From positions 2,973 to 66,972 of the forward strand of contig JAIRUS010000046.1 in assembly GCA_031254295.1 (NCBI GenBank): DNA of 64,000 nt, in the 5' to 3' direction. Positions 8,544-18,219 of this stretch are shown here, piece after piece (within the stretch, counting starts at the first letter, position 1; each line of letters opens with the position of its first letter). The position numbers were made by a program, and so were the translations under genes. The notes under the pieces are model-generated. The model did no database searches. It was not told the DNA's origin and worked only from the letters and a program-made list of their open reading frames with translations. This DNA is from Streptococcaceae bacterium. Lineage in GTDB: Bacteria > Bacillota > Bacilli > Lactobacillales > Streptococcaceae.

Positions 8544-8984
8544 TTAATCAAGTGTTGCATCAAGTGTAATGGTGACACCTGTCAAGACTTTAGAGACAGG
8601 GCAATTTTCCTTGACGATTTGAGCTATTTCTTGAAATTTATCATTGCTGCTCAGAGCTGAAATCTTGGAGTGATTGATAAGGTGAATGCCAGTAATGGCT
8701 GGACCATCTGCCGTGGCTGCAAAAGTAACCTCGGCTGTCGTATCTATGGATTCAGGCTTGATTCCCTTTGTGCCAAGGACGAGCGAGAAAGCCATGGAGA
8801 AACAGGCTGCATGAGCGGCACCTAGTAATTCTTCGGGAGTTGTGATGTGGACTTGGCTTTCAGCACGTGCTTTGAAGTTATAAGGTGCATCAGTAAAAAG
8901 CTGAGAAGATTCAGCTGAGATAGTACCCAAACCGTCTTCAAGGCCGCCCTCCCAATGTGCGGAAGCAGTAGATATATTTGCCAT
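8544..8984 (-). CDS. osmC: OsmC-family peroxiredoxin
   Basis: SAHWEG, TTPEELLGAAHAACFSMA, ENCPVSK. Confidence 0.9.
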   Translation of the reverse strand: MANISTASAHWEGGLEDGLGTISAESSQLFTDAPYNFKARAESQVHITTPEELLGAAHAACFSMAFSLVLGTKGIKPESIDTTAEVTFAATADGPAITGIHLINHSKISALSSNDKFQEIAQIVKENCPVSKVLTGVTITLDATLD

Positions 8985-9102
8985 GATTATTCTCCTTTAT
9001 GAGATGTAAAATGTTTTTGACATCTTTAGTATAGTAAATTTTCACAAAAATCACAAGAAATCTGCCTAGTGCAAAAAAATAATAGCGTATGGATATTAAG
9101 TG

Positions 9103-9131
9103 TTGAAAGCGCTCTAATATCGTGCTATAAT
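9103..9131 (+). promoter_or_regulatory. Near-consensus sigma-A promoter of LXG locus A
   Basis: TTGAAA-17 bp-TATAAT with TG extension. The -35 overlaps a cre-like TGAAAGCGCT. Confidence 0.7.
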
Positions 9132-9160
9132 AGACCCATTAAATACTCAGGAGGATAGTG

Positions 9161-9433
9161 ATGGGAGTTACAAATATTAGCTCAGACACAGTTGCAGCAC
9201 AGGAAGCCATTGCCGAGCTGACAGGCATTGACGCATCGAGCTTTACGAACCAAACAGTAGACATTGGAGAGAGTAATATCACAGCGATGAAAACTGGCAG
9301 CCGTGTGAATAATCAACTCATGAATGACCTATCAGGCTTTGTGCAAGCATTTTTGACTCAGGCAAATAAATTTCCAGAGCTTGCAGCTCGAATCGAAGCC
9401 AATGACAGGCAAGATGCACAGGATTGGAGATAA
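9161..9433 (+). CDS. TIGR04197/DUF3130-like small T7SSb accessory protein
   Basis: ~90-aa helical protein ending QANKFPELAARIEAND, first gene of a small-small-LXG triad; paralog at 40153-40428. Confidence 0.8.
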   Translation: MGVTNISSDTVAAQEAIAELTGIDASSFTNQTVDIGESNITAMKTGSRVNNQLMNDLSGFVQAFLTQANKFPELAARIEANDRQDAQDWR

Positions 9434-9435
9434 AT

Positions 9436-9798
9436 ATGCCAAAAGATATAAGTGCTGATAAACGTTATGAAATGGGATTAACCATCAGCCAAAAAGAGAA
9501 TGATATTGATAGTCTTTATCAAGAAAAAAAGAATTTTGAGGAACAACTTCAAAGTTTTCAAGCGACTACGCATCAAAACTTTCAACGCTCCTCTTTGCTT
9601 TATGAAAAAATGGCAAGATCAGGGAATCGCTACTCAGAGCGAGAGCTCTCAGTCGAATACGAGATGGAGATAAATATAAATCAGACTCTGACGCAACAGA
9701 GTGAGGAGTTTGATAAATATTACAAAGAGACAAGAGGAAAACTAGAAGCAGACATTGAGAAACTGCACAAGGAGAGGAACGCACTCCCATGGGATTGA
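9436..9798 (+). CDS. LXG-associated helical accessory protein (Lap-type)
   Basis: 120-aa coiled protein ending LHKERNALPWD, overlapping the LXG gene start. Confidence 0.75.
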   Translation: MPKDISADKRYEMGLTISQKENDIDSLYQEKKNFEEQLQSFQATTHQNFQRSSLLYEKMARSGNRYSERELSVEYEMEININQTLTQQSEEFDKYYKETRGKLEADIEKLHKERNALPWD

Positions 9799-11378
9799 GA
9801 TATAACTTTTTGGATTCACAGCTTTTTGTAACGGCGCTAAAAAGCAATATGTCCCAATGTCGTACAGTCAATGGGCAAATCAAACACGGAACAAACTATC
9901 TCATCTCCTCTTTGGGAGATGGGACAGGACTTTCAGGTGCTGCCTACACTGCGGGCGAGGGGCTTTTCACAGAGGTGATGTATCCAACAACAAATCAGTT
10001 TGAAGCGGCTCTTGACGATGTTCAGTCTGATTTGAATCGCTATTTGAGCGCTGAAAACTCGGTCTATCAGTATGGGGATTTGAACGAAGATGATCTCAAA
10101 GAACAGATTAATCAGAAGCAAGAGCAGATAGCTGACCTAGAAAATCAGAAACAATACTATGAAAATATGGCCTATGGAAACCCAGCTTTCTACAGCTCCA
10201 TGATAGCAGCGGCCAAAAATATCCAAAACGTAATCAACGAGACAGAGCGACAGTTGAATGACCTCCAGAAACAACTGTCCGCATTAGAAGATTTTGAGTA
10301 TCAGACAAGTCCTTTATTCCAAGATAGCTTAACTGCCTTTAGTGATATCGTCAGAGGAATTACAGCAATAAATAACATCACAGTAGATAGCTCAGGAAAC
10401 TATTATACGAACGGTGCAGATATGAGCTGGCTTACTATGCTAGAAAATCAAGGCTTTGACTCAGAGTCAGGCGAAGACAAAGCTCTGGAAAAAGCTGTCT
10501 CAAAGCTGGGCTTGGATGATGAGGCACGAGCTTACTGGGAAAAGGAAATGAAATCGGAATTAAAAAATATTCCGAAAAGTCAGTGGAACGCCAAGATAAA
10601 AGAGGCCGCTGCGAATCTTCAGTTTGATGCCGATGGGAATATCTTGCAAATTGGCCCTTTTCAACAGGGCATCATTGTACTGAAAAATGGAGTTTATGAT
10701 GAGACTCTGACTGAGCAGGCTAACAAAGAAATTGATTCAGAACGTTGGGAAGCCGTAAGAGATAGCTTTACACAATTATTAGTAGGCGGACTGACGATGC
10801 TTGGTGGTGGGCTGCTTGACCTAGCAGGGGTAGCTGTCATTACGGGCGGTGCGGGCTTCACCCTGACAGGCGCAGGCGCAGTAGTTGGAACTCCAGCCAT
10901 TGCAGGAGGTGTCGCGCTAGAGGGAGTAGGGACAGGCGCGCTAATAACAGGAGGCGCGACAGTCGGGAATGTGCTGAGTAGGATTAACCTATCCACAGAG
11001 GGTATGCAGTATAGCTTTACTGTTAGCGCAGAGGAACGAGCCAAAGCGGTTAGTGATACTGAACAAAAGATTGCTGGACTTACAAAAGGCCTCGATAATA
11101 TAACCGAATCAGGTGCCAGATTTCCAAATTATGAACAATCTGGTGGTATGGATCAGCTTAACAAGGATTTTGATGAGTTGAATCTATCAAATATTAAAGA
11201 GATCGAGACAAAAAAGTATGGTGTGGGAAGAGCGGGGAAATTACCTGATGGTTCGTCAGTTACTGCAAGAGCAGGAAGTAAAAGTGGTCCAACTGATGAC
11301 GGGTTTCCAACTCTTGAAATCAAGCGACCAAATGGTATGAAAGTTAAAATTAGGTATCCAGAGGAAATAGAAAAATGA
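9789..11378 (+). CDS. LXG-domain polymorphic toxin A
   Basis: N-terminal LXG (GLSGAAYTAGEGLF), Gly-rich hydrophobic middle, ~90-aa C-terminal tip (NKDFDEL...GKLPDGS...PTLEI...KIRY). Confidence 0.85.
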   Translation: MGLRYNFLDSQLFVTALKSNMSQCRTVNGQIKHGTNYLISSLGDGTGLSGAAYTAGEGLFTEVMYPTTNQFEAALDDVQSDLNRYLSAENSVYQYGDLNEDDLKEQINQKQEQIADLENQKQYYENMAYGNPAFYSSMIAAAKNIQNVINETERQLNDLQKQLSALEDFEYQTSPLFQDSLTAFSDIVRGITAINNITVDSSGNYYTNGADMSWLTMLENQGFDSESGEDKALEKAVSKLGLDDEARAYWEKEMKSELKNIPKSQWNAKIKEAAANLQFDADGNILQIGPFQQGIIVLKNGVYDETLTEQANKEIDSERWEAVRDSFTQLLVGGLTMLGGGLLDLAGVAVITGGAGFTLTGAGAVVGTPAIAGGVALEGVGTGALITGGATVGNVLSRINLSTEGMQYSFTVSAEERAKAVSDTEQKIAGLTKGLDNITESGARFPNYEQSGGMDQLNKDFDELNLSNIKEIETKKYGVGRAGKLPDGSSVTARAGSKSGPTDDGFPTLEIKRPNGMKVKIRYPEEIEK

Positions 11379-11974
11379 AATTAAAAGTTATTGGAAAAAA
11401 TGAAATACCTCAAATTGAGAATGAAGATATAGAAAGAGTTGATTATAATCTTAAAGGTTTATTTATTTATATTGTTGGGGTAAACAAGTTAAATGATAGA
11501 CAATATGTTAGAATTACATTAGATTTTGGTAATATTTGGCATTTTCGTGTTGGAGATGAAGGCGAGTATTTAAATTGGGAAAACGATTTTCCAACGCCAA
11601 AGACCCCTGAATGGAAAGAATATTCTCAAAACTATATTTTTGAGTTCTTTGAAACAGACTATCAAGAATGGTTCAAATATTCTAGCGCAGGAGTTTTCGA
11701 TGATAGTTGGGTAAGACACTTTTGTGTTGCAACGCGTAATGACATTGTAGATGTCATTTCAAACAGTGGACCAACTATTAAAATTGAATACATTGATAAA
11801 AAAGTATACGATCCAATGCAAGGCCACAGAAATGACGAACTCGAGCAAGAAATCGAAGAACTACGTAAATATAAAGCTGAACAAGAAAAGAAAGAGGATA
11901 TAAGCCCTGAGGAATTTGAAGAATTCAAAAAATGGAAGAAGCAACAAGATGAGTTCGAGGCATGGGGATTTTAA
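11375..11974 (+). CDS. Putative cognate immunity protein
   Basis: ATGA overlap with the toxin stop; acidic and AT-rich. Confidence 0.7.
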   Translation: MKLKVIGKNEIPQIENEDIERVDYNLKGLFIYIVGVNKLNDRQYVRITLDFGNIWHFRVGDEGEYLNWENDFPTPKTPEWKEYSQNYIFEFFETDYQEWFKYSSAGVFDDSWVRHFCVATRNDIVDVISNSGPTIKIEYIDKKVYDPMQGHRNDELEQEIEELRKYKAEQEKKEDISPEEFEEFKKWKKQQDEFEAWGF

Positions 11975-11983
11975 TAATAAAAG

Positions 11984-12595
11984 ATGGATAATTTAAGCTT
12001 TATTTTTGAGAAAACAGATAATCCATTTTTAAAAGAGCAAAACGGTTCTCAATACGATTTATGGGGAAGTCTTACGCTGAAATATGGAGATAAAATTCTT
12101 TTGGAATGTGAATGGGAAATGCACAACTGGATTTTGAGCTTTCTGGATAAAAAAGAAATATTGGAAACTGAAAATTATCCGTTTGAATATATCAATTCTA
12201 TAGCTGAAAGTAGAGATACTTTGTTTGGGAGAATAGATTATGAGAATGGCGATGATGAGAAAATTTATGCCGAAGAAAATATTTTGGAAGAATATTTTCC
12301 GAACCATTATTTCAAATTGATGGGAATAGAAAGTCAAAGTTTTTATATTGGCTTAAACCCAGATGGAGTTGGCGAAATTTCCTATTATGTTGAAGACGAA
12401 GATAAGTATTACAAATACGAATTTGATATGCCAACTTTTGTGAAACAAGCCGATCAAGCGATTATCAACTACTTGAAAAAATTTCAGCTCACACTTGTGA
12501 GTGATGAGGAGTATTTCAAGAAATTTTTTGGGGAGGAGTATTCTAAATATATCGGTGAGAATGCTCGGTTAGATGCGATGAGTTTTGGATTTTGA
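11984..12595 (+). CDS. Acidic hypothetical protein, possible second or orphan immunity protein
   Basis: Co-oriented, 9 bp after the first immunity gene; very acidic, AT-rich. Confidence 0.55.
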   Translation: MDNLSFIFEKTDNPFLKEQNGSQYDLWGSLTLKYGDKILLECEWEMHNWILSFLDKKEILETENYPFEYINSIAESRDTLFGRIDYENGDDEKIYAEENILEEYFPNHYFKLMGIESQSFYIGLNPDGVGEISYYVEDEDKYYKYEFDMPTFVKQADQAIINYLKKFQLTLVSDEEYFKKFFGEEYSKYIGENARLDAMSFGF

Positions 12596-12676
12596 TAGGA
12601 AATATAGAACTTTGTAAGGCTTATAAGAGCTTTTAAGTATGATAAAATTTCTGCTATAATAAATCTGGAGGTTATC

Positions 12677-13738
12677 ATGACATTAAAAATGGGATTTATC
12701 GGCTTTGGTAAGTCGGCGACACGCTATCACTTGCCTTATGTGCTTTTGCGTGAAAATATTCAGGTGAAGACGATTATGAACTTGAAGGTAGATGAGGCGA
12801 TGGCAGCGCCTTATCGTGAAAAGGGAATCGGCTTTACTGAGAATATTGATGAACTGCTCAATGACCCTGAAATCAGTTTTGTGACGATTTGTACGCCACC
12901 GTCAACTCACTATGGCTTAGCCAAGCAGGTGATTGAAGCAGGTAAGTCAGTTGTTGTGGAGAAACCTTTCTGTGATTCAGTAGAGCATGCACGTGAGCTT
13001 TTTGCTTTGGCGCGTGAGCATGGTGTTGTTGTCACGCCTTATCAGAATCGTCGTTTTGATGGAGATTATCTGGCAGTTAAGCAGGTTATTGAACAGGGCT
13101 TCCTTGGTGATATTCTCGAGGTTGAAAGTCATATTGATTACTTCCGTCCAGGCACGTCGCGTCAGCCAGGGGCTAAAGAAAATGGGGCTTTTTATGGCTT
13201 GGGGATTCATCAGATGGATCGAATGCTGGCTCTTTTTGGCCGTCCAGAGACTGTAACTTACGACATCCGAAATAATGAGACGACAGAAACTGGCGCAACA
13301 GATAACTATTTTGATGTTGACTTGCATTATGGCAATCAGCTCAAAGTCAAAGTGAAAACGAACTATACGGTTGCCAAAGACTATCCACGCTTCATCGTGC
13401 ATGGTCGCAATGGTTCATTTATCAAATATGGCGAAGATCAGCAGGAAAATGATTTGAAAGCAGGTATCATGCCTGAAATTGCAGGCTTTGGTGAGGATTC
13501 GCCGATGCTTTACGGAATCGCGAAATATCGCAATGCCAATGGCGACTGGATTGAAAAACAGATTAAAACGCCTGTTGGCGACTATGGCCGTTTCTATGAT
13601 GCCCTTTATGAAACTTTGGTCAATGGAGCGGAGCCGCTCGTAACTGAGGAACAAGCTGTGACAGCGATTGAAATATTGGAAAATGGCTTTGCTGCAGAGA
13701 GCCCGTCGGTTTATAAACTCAAAATCCCAAATGTCTGA
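12677..13738 (+). CDS. Gfo/Idh/MocA oxidoreductase (YhhX-like)
   Basis: GFIGFGKSATRYHLP, VEKPF, YQNRRFDGD. Confidence 0.9.
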   Translation: MTLKMGFIGFGKSATRYHLPYVLLRENIQVKTIMNLKVDEAMAAPYREKGIGFTENIDELLNDPEISFVTICTPPSTHYGLAKQVIEAGKSVVVEKPFCDSVEHARELFALAREHGVVVTPYQNRRFDGDYLAVKQVIEQGFLGDILEVESHIDYFRPGTSRQPGAKENGAFYGLGIHQMDRMLALFGRPETVTYDIRNNETTETGATDNYFDVDLHYGNQLKVKVKTNYTVAKDYPRFIVHGRNGSFIKYGEDQQENDLKAGIMPEIAGFGEDSPMLYGIAKYRNANGDWIEKQIKTPVGDYGRFYDALYETLVNGAEPLVTEEQAVTAIEILENGFAAESPSVYKLKIPNV

Positions 13739-13843
13739 AACATTTGGGATTTTTTTACGTATTAATAAGTAGGTCGGAATTTAGTAGTTGATAATTGTAC
13801 ATACGAAGTGTATACTTAATTATCAAATATATGGAGCTGAGAA

Positions 13844-14062
13844 ATGACGACTGTAAAAACTAGAAAGGTTGGAAATTCAATGACAATCACAATTCCAAAG
13901 AAAATGAACATCGAAGCAGGGCGGGAGTATGTTGCCTATCAGGGAGTCGACGAAGTTTTAGTTTTTTCTCCTAGGATCAAAAATCCCTTAGATAGCATAG
14001 AGCCAATGGTTATGGAGGACGATTTTTCAGAGATTTATTTCACAGATCATGAGGTAGATTAG
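13844..14062 (+). CDS. AbrB/MazE-type antitoxin
   Basis: VKTRKVGNSMTITIP; overlaps the toxin gene. Confidence 0.85.
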   Translation: MTTVKTRKVGNSMTITIPKKMNIEAGREYVAYQGVDEVLVFSPRIKNPLDSIEPMVMEDDFSEIYFTDHEVD

Positions 14063-14403
14063 TGTCTTACATTCCAGAAAAACAAGATATTATATACATC
14101 AATTTTAATCCCTCTCTCGGAAAAGAGATTCAAAAACGTCGCCCAGCCGTTGTAGTGTCGAGCCATAAATACAGTGAAATGACAGGTTTCGTTGCTGTCT
14201 TCCCTGTTACGCATGGGTCGGAAAAGCTGCGAAAACAAGGAATGCTTATTGAGGTTCAGAGCCGCAAAGTAGATGGATTTGTGAATCCTTTCCAGCTTCA
14301 CACTTTTGATTTTAGGGCTAGAGAAGCAGAAAAGGTCGGATTCATGAAGACCGCTGCATTTTTCAGGCTAGTGCAGCTTTATCACTATATTTTTGAGGAA
14401 TGA
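14062..14403 (+). CDS. PemK/MazF-family toxin
   Basis: DIIYINFNPSLGKEIQKRRPAVVVS. Confidence 0.9.
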   Translation: MSYIPEKQDIIYINFNPSLGKEIQKRRPAVVVSSHKYSEMTGFVAVFPVTHGSEKLRKQGMLIEVQSRKVDGFVNPFQLHTFDFRAREAEKVGFMKTAAFFRLVQLYHYIFEE

Positions 14404-14432
14404 TAGATGGCCAAGGCCCGCATAATAGCAAT

Positions 14433-14461
14433 TTGACAAAACTTAGAGTTTTTGATAAAGT
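14433..14461 (+). promoter_or_regulatory. rpsU promoter
   Basis: TTGACA-17 bp-TAAAGT with TG extension. Confidence 0.75.
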
Positions 14462-14519
14462 AGATAGAGCGATTCGATATTAAGTCGACGACTATAAAAC
14501 GGAAATGGGGTGAAAATAT

Positions 14520-14696
14520 ATGTCAAGAACAGTTGTTCGTAAGAATGAGTCTCTTGAAGACGCACTCCGCCGTTTCAAACGTGATACGTTGAAGGCTGGT
14601 ACACTTCAAGAACTTCGTAAACGTGAGCAATACGAAAAGCCATCTGTAAAACGTAAGAAAAAATCAGAAGCTGCTCGTAAGCGTAAAAAATTCTAA
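14520..14696 (+). CDS. rpsU: 30S ribosomal protein S21
   Basis: Manual translation [58 protein letters not shown] (58 aa, below the ORF-track cutoff). Confidence 0.97.
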   Translation: MSRTVVRKNESLEDALRRFKRDTLKAGTLQELRKREQYEKPSVKRKKKSEAARKRKKF

Positions 14697-14753
14697 ATTA
14701 TAATGAAAAATAGTCATGAAAATGGCTATTTTTTTATTATGGCGATGATTCAG

Positions 14754-15737
14754 TTACAGCTTGACAGACTCTAAGATGTTGAGATGGGGAACAATTTGCG
14801 TGTGTGTATAAGGAAGGTCTGGGTTTTCGAGACGATTAAGGAGAGTCGTCACACCAAGTTGAGCCATGTATTTTAAATCTGTACTGACATTTGTAATGCT
14901 TGGTATGGCCATGTGATTAAACTCGGTCTCGTCAAAGCAAATGATGCTGATGTCACGCGGAATGACATAGCCTAATGACTGTAGGTAGTAATTCAACATA
15001 AAAGCAAGACCTGAGTTGACGCAGAACCAAGCCTCAGGAATTGTTTCAATTCCTTTGAGACGATTAAATAACTCGCCTTGATTTTCCTTGATTTTTGTAA
15101 TGGTAACTTTTTCTTCAAGGGGAAGGTCAGAGTCAGTGAGTGCTTGAACATAGCCACGGTAGCGTTCCTTGTAGCTGGGAGAAAAGTCAATATCACCAAT
15201 AAAGCCAATTTTTTTATAACCATGTTCAATCAGGAGATTTGTGGCGAGATAGGCACCATCTGTATTTTTCGTCAAGATGCAATCGGCAGCAAATTTATAG
15301 CTATGATGGTCGATAATGACGGTCGGAATGTTTTGGTTGATAATCTTTGAGATGTAGCGATCGGAGATGTGTGAAACGATAAAGACTCCTTCATAATCAG
15401 AAAGTTGCACAGGTAATATTTCATGCTCAACCATCTCAGGCGTGACCTCGACAGTTAGGATATCTCGTTGATTCTCGCCTGAGTAGAAATAGAGATATTT
15501 GATAATCTCGCCAAAGAAACTCGCTTGCTGCAAGGCAAAACTCGTTGCTAAAACTGCGAAAGTCCCTTTGGGCTTTTTTTTATGCGGACTATAGTCATAA
15601 CCCAGTTTTTCAGCGACGCGTCTGACTTCAGTTTTCAGTTCATCGCTAACCTCTTTTGTATCCCTGAGAGCTTGAGATACGGAGTTTTTTGAGATGCCTA
15701 ATTCATCAGCGATTTTCTGCATGGAAACATTTTTCAT
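14754..15737 (-). CDS. LacI-family regulator
   Basis: VSMQKIADELGISKNSVSQAL HTH plus sugar-binding domain; divergent from the ABC operon. Confidence 0.9.
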   Translation of the reverse strand: MKNVSMQKIADELGISKNSVSQALRDTKEVSDELKTEVRRVAEKLGYDYSPHKKKPKGTFAVLATSFALQQASFFGEIIKYLYFYSGENQRDILTVEVTPEMVEHEILPVQLSDYEGVFIVSHISDRYISKIINQNIPTVIIDHHSYKFAADCILTKNTDGAYLATNLLIEHGYKKIGFIGDIDFSPSYKERYRGYVQALTDSDLPLEEKVTITKIKENQGELFNRLKGIETIPEAWFCVNSGLAFMLNYYLQSLGYVIPRDISIICFDETEFNHMAIPSITNVSTDLKYMAQLGVTTLLNRLENPDLPYTHTQIVPHLNILESVKL

Positions 15738-15819
15738 AGGAATATTTTAACACGAAATAAAGTAATTGTGTTTTCCAGTTGTTTATTTAGTAATGTTTTG
15801 TAATGTTAATTATTTATAC

Positions 15820-15886
15820 TTGACAAATAAAATTAAAAAGAGTATCCTGTTTTTGAAAGCGGTTCACATGAAGCGAGACGCTTCAT
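15820..15886 (+). promoter_or_regulatory. Promoter, cre site and inverted repeat of the sugar ABC operon
   Basis: TTGACA(15820)-17-TATCCT(15843); cre-like TGAAAGCGGTTCAC (15854-15867); IR ATGAAGCG-AGA-CGCTTCAT (15868-15886). Confidence 0.75.
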
Positions 15887-15920
15887 ATTCATAAATAAAA
15901 GTTTCATACAGGAGGAAAAA

Positions 15921-17189
15921 ATGAAAATTCGTAAAATTGCACTAGGAGTAACAGGGCTGATGGCGACTGTCGCTTTATTGTCGGCTTGTTCATCTAGCAA
16001 GTCATCAAGCACATCAGGAAAGGTTGAGATAAAAATTGCAACATGGGCAGGGGCAGATGAGGCTAAGCAGTTTGATAAGATTCTGGCGACGCTAAACAGC
16101 AAGTCAAAAGACTATAAAATCACACAGACGGTCATTCCAGGATCTGATTACTATACAAAAATCCAGACGATGATTGCAGGACAGAAAGCTCCAGACTTGA
16201 TGTGGCTGTCTCAAGAGTATATCCCAGCCTATGCCAGTAAAGGGGCGCTGGTTGATTTGACATCAGATTTAAAAGCTCAAAAAACAGTCAATATGTCCGA
16301 TTACTTCTCGGCTTCTTTAGATACTGCGAAGTATTCTGGTAAAACCTATGGTTTGCCTTGGATCAGTCAACCCTATGTAATTTATTACAATAAAACTGAT
16401 TTTGACAAGGCAAGTATTTCCAAACCAAGTCTGACTTGGACTTGGACTGACTTTGAAAAAGCAGCCACCACACTGACGACAAATGGTATCTATGGCTATG
16501 CCAATGATGGGACGCTACCACTGGCTGTTCCCGTCTGGGGCGAAGGTGGAGATATCTGGTCGAGCTCAGGAAAGGCCGCAATAAATAGCTCTGAGGCAGA
16601 AAAAGGGCTTCAACAGCTTTCAGATATTTCAACTCAGGATAAGATGACAATGCCTTATGCTCAGGCAAGTGCCAGCGGTGCGACACAGGCATTTGTTCAG
16701 GGCAAGGTAGACATGATTGTTGGCGGGGCCAATGATGACATTGAAAAACAAGTCAAAGCGGCTGGTGGAAAATTTGAAGTTGGCATGGCTGTCATGCCAG
16801 CGGGGACGAAGAAGCAAGTGACTTTTTCATATGTAGCTTCAACAGTTGTTTCTTCTCAAACCAAAAATAAAGCAATAGCTGAGGAAGCTATGGAAGATGT
16901 CACAAATGCGATGTTTGACTGGAAAGTTCCAGCACCTGTGAAGTCTGCCCAAAACAAGTTAGCCACGATAAATCCAGATAAAAGCTATGCGACAGACGTG
17001 ATTCAAAAATCAATGGAAATTGCCCGTGGCTTTAACAACTTGCCACAATCGGCTGATCTGAACAATTCCCTCTGGAATAAACTTTGGCTACCAGTTATTA
17101 GTAATAACAACGGTAAAGGTAGCTTAGATATTAAGGCTTCTGCAGAAAGCACTCAGAAAGAATTTGAAAATATATTAAGCAAAAAGTAA
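15921..17189 (+). CDS. Sugar ABC transporter substrate-binding lipoprotein
   Basis: Lipobox LSAC; CUT1-type SBP. Confidence 0.9.
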   Translation: MKIRKIALGVTGLMATVALLSACSSSKSSSTSGKVEIKIATWAGADEAKQFDKILATLNSKSKDYKITQTVIPGSDYYTKIQTMIAGQKAPDLMWLSQEYIPAYASKGALVDLTSDLKAQKTVNMSDYFSASLDTAKYSGKTYGLPWISQPYVIYYNKTDFDKASISKPSLTWTWTDFEKAATTLTTNGIYGYANDGTLPLAVPVWGEGGDIWSSSGKAAINSSEAEKGLQQLSDISTQDKMTMPYAQASASGATQAFVQGKVDMIVGGANDDIEKQVKAAGGKFEVGMAVMPAGTKKQVTFSYVASTVVSSQTKNKAIAEEAMEDVTNAMFDWKVPAPVKSAQNKLATINPDKSYATDVIQKSMEIARGFNNLPQSADLNNSLWNKLWLPVISNNNGKGSLDIKASAESTQKEFENILSKK

Positions 17190-17271
17190 TCTATCGAGGA
17201 CTATGGCTTCTTTGTAGCTTTAGTCCTTTTTAAAGACTTTAAGTTGCTAAAACTAATTAGAAAGGAGTTGT

Positions 17272-18210
17272 ATGAAAAATCTTCAATTAGAAAATCTAAG
17301 CACAAGTGAAAAAATTGCTGAGCTCAATAAGATAAAAAAGAAGACGCATTTTAGCGCAGGCTATTTTTATATCTTGCCATGGTTTTTTGCATATGCCCTG
17401 TTTGCCTTGATCCCAACCTTAATGTCGATTTATATGAGCTTTACAGACTGGTCGGCCATTGGAGGAAATCCCAATTTTGTTGGCTGGAAGAACTTTCAAG
17501 ATATTTTTCAAGATGCTGACTTCATCAATGCTTTACTTGTCACAGTACGCTATGCCGTTATTGCAGTTCCTTTAGGGATGCTGGCTTCATTTTCTGTGGC
17601 ACTCATTATGGCTTCAAAGACTAAAGCGCTAAACTGGTATCGGACGATTTACTACTTGCCGGCGGTTGTCTCAGGAGTGGCTGTGGGTATCATTTGGCGT
17701 TGGATACTCGACCCTACCAATGGTCTGATGAATAATATGCTGGCTCTGTTTGGAATCAGAGGACCAGGCTGGCTGACAGATCCAAACTGGGTGCTCCCGT
17801 CTTACATCGTCATGAGCCTTTGGAGTGCCGGTGCGGGTATGCTGACCTATCTAGTTTCCATAAATGAAGTGCCAAATGACTTGCACGAAGCTGCCGAGGT
17901 TCAAGGGGCGGGATACTTTAAGAGAATTTGGCTGATTACCATTCCTTACGTGCGGCCGATTCTTTACTATAACCTGATTATGGGGATTATTGGGGCTTTC
18001 AAGACTTTTAATACTGCCTATATCCTAGGTGGAGCAGGAAATCAAGGCGAATTTATCTTACTGCATATCTACAACACGGCCTTCAAATATTTCAAGATGG
18101 GCTATGCCTCTGCGATGTCTTGGATATTTCTCATCATTGTTTTGGCAATCACGATGGTCGTTTTCAAGTTTACAGATTTTTGGCAATACAGTCAGAAAAA
18201 TGAAGAGTAA
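17272..18210 (+). CDS. Sugar ABC permease
   Basis: EAA loop LHEAAEVQGAG; multiple TM segments. Confidence 0.92.
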   Translation: MKNLQLENLSTSEKIAELNKIKKKTHFSAGYFYILPWFFAYALFALIPTLMSIYMSFTDWSAIGGNPNFVGWKNFQDIFQDADFINALLVTVRYAVIAVPLGMLASFSVALIMASKTKALNWYRTIYYLPAVVSGVAVGIIWRWILDPTNGLMNNMLALFGIRGPGWLTDPNWVLPSYIVMSLWSAGAGMLTYLVSINEVPNDLHEAAEVQGAGYFKRIWLITIPYVRPILYYNLIMGIIGAFKTFNTAYILGGAGNQGEFILLHIYNTAFKYFKMGYASAMSWIFLIIVLAITMVVFKFTDFWQYSQKNEE

Positions 18211-18219
18211 GGAGACATA

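Noticed and set aside
12611-12637. TAAG repeats upstream of the oxidoreductase as a CiaR box
   Set aside because: Hexamer spacing is 3-4 bp, not 5, and the distance to TATAAT does not fit.
13844-14403. MazEF-like module as something novel
   Set aside because: Ordinary type II TA pair with standard motifs.
15868-15886. ATGAAGCG-AGA-CGCTTCAT as the LacI operator
   Set aside because: It lacks the central CG dyad of LacI operators and could be an RNA hairpin; recorded as a feature, but no function is claimed.
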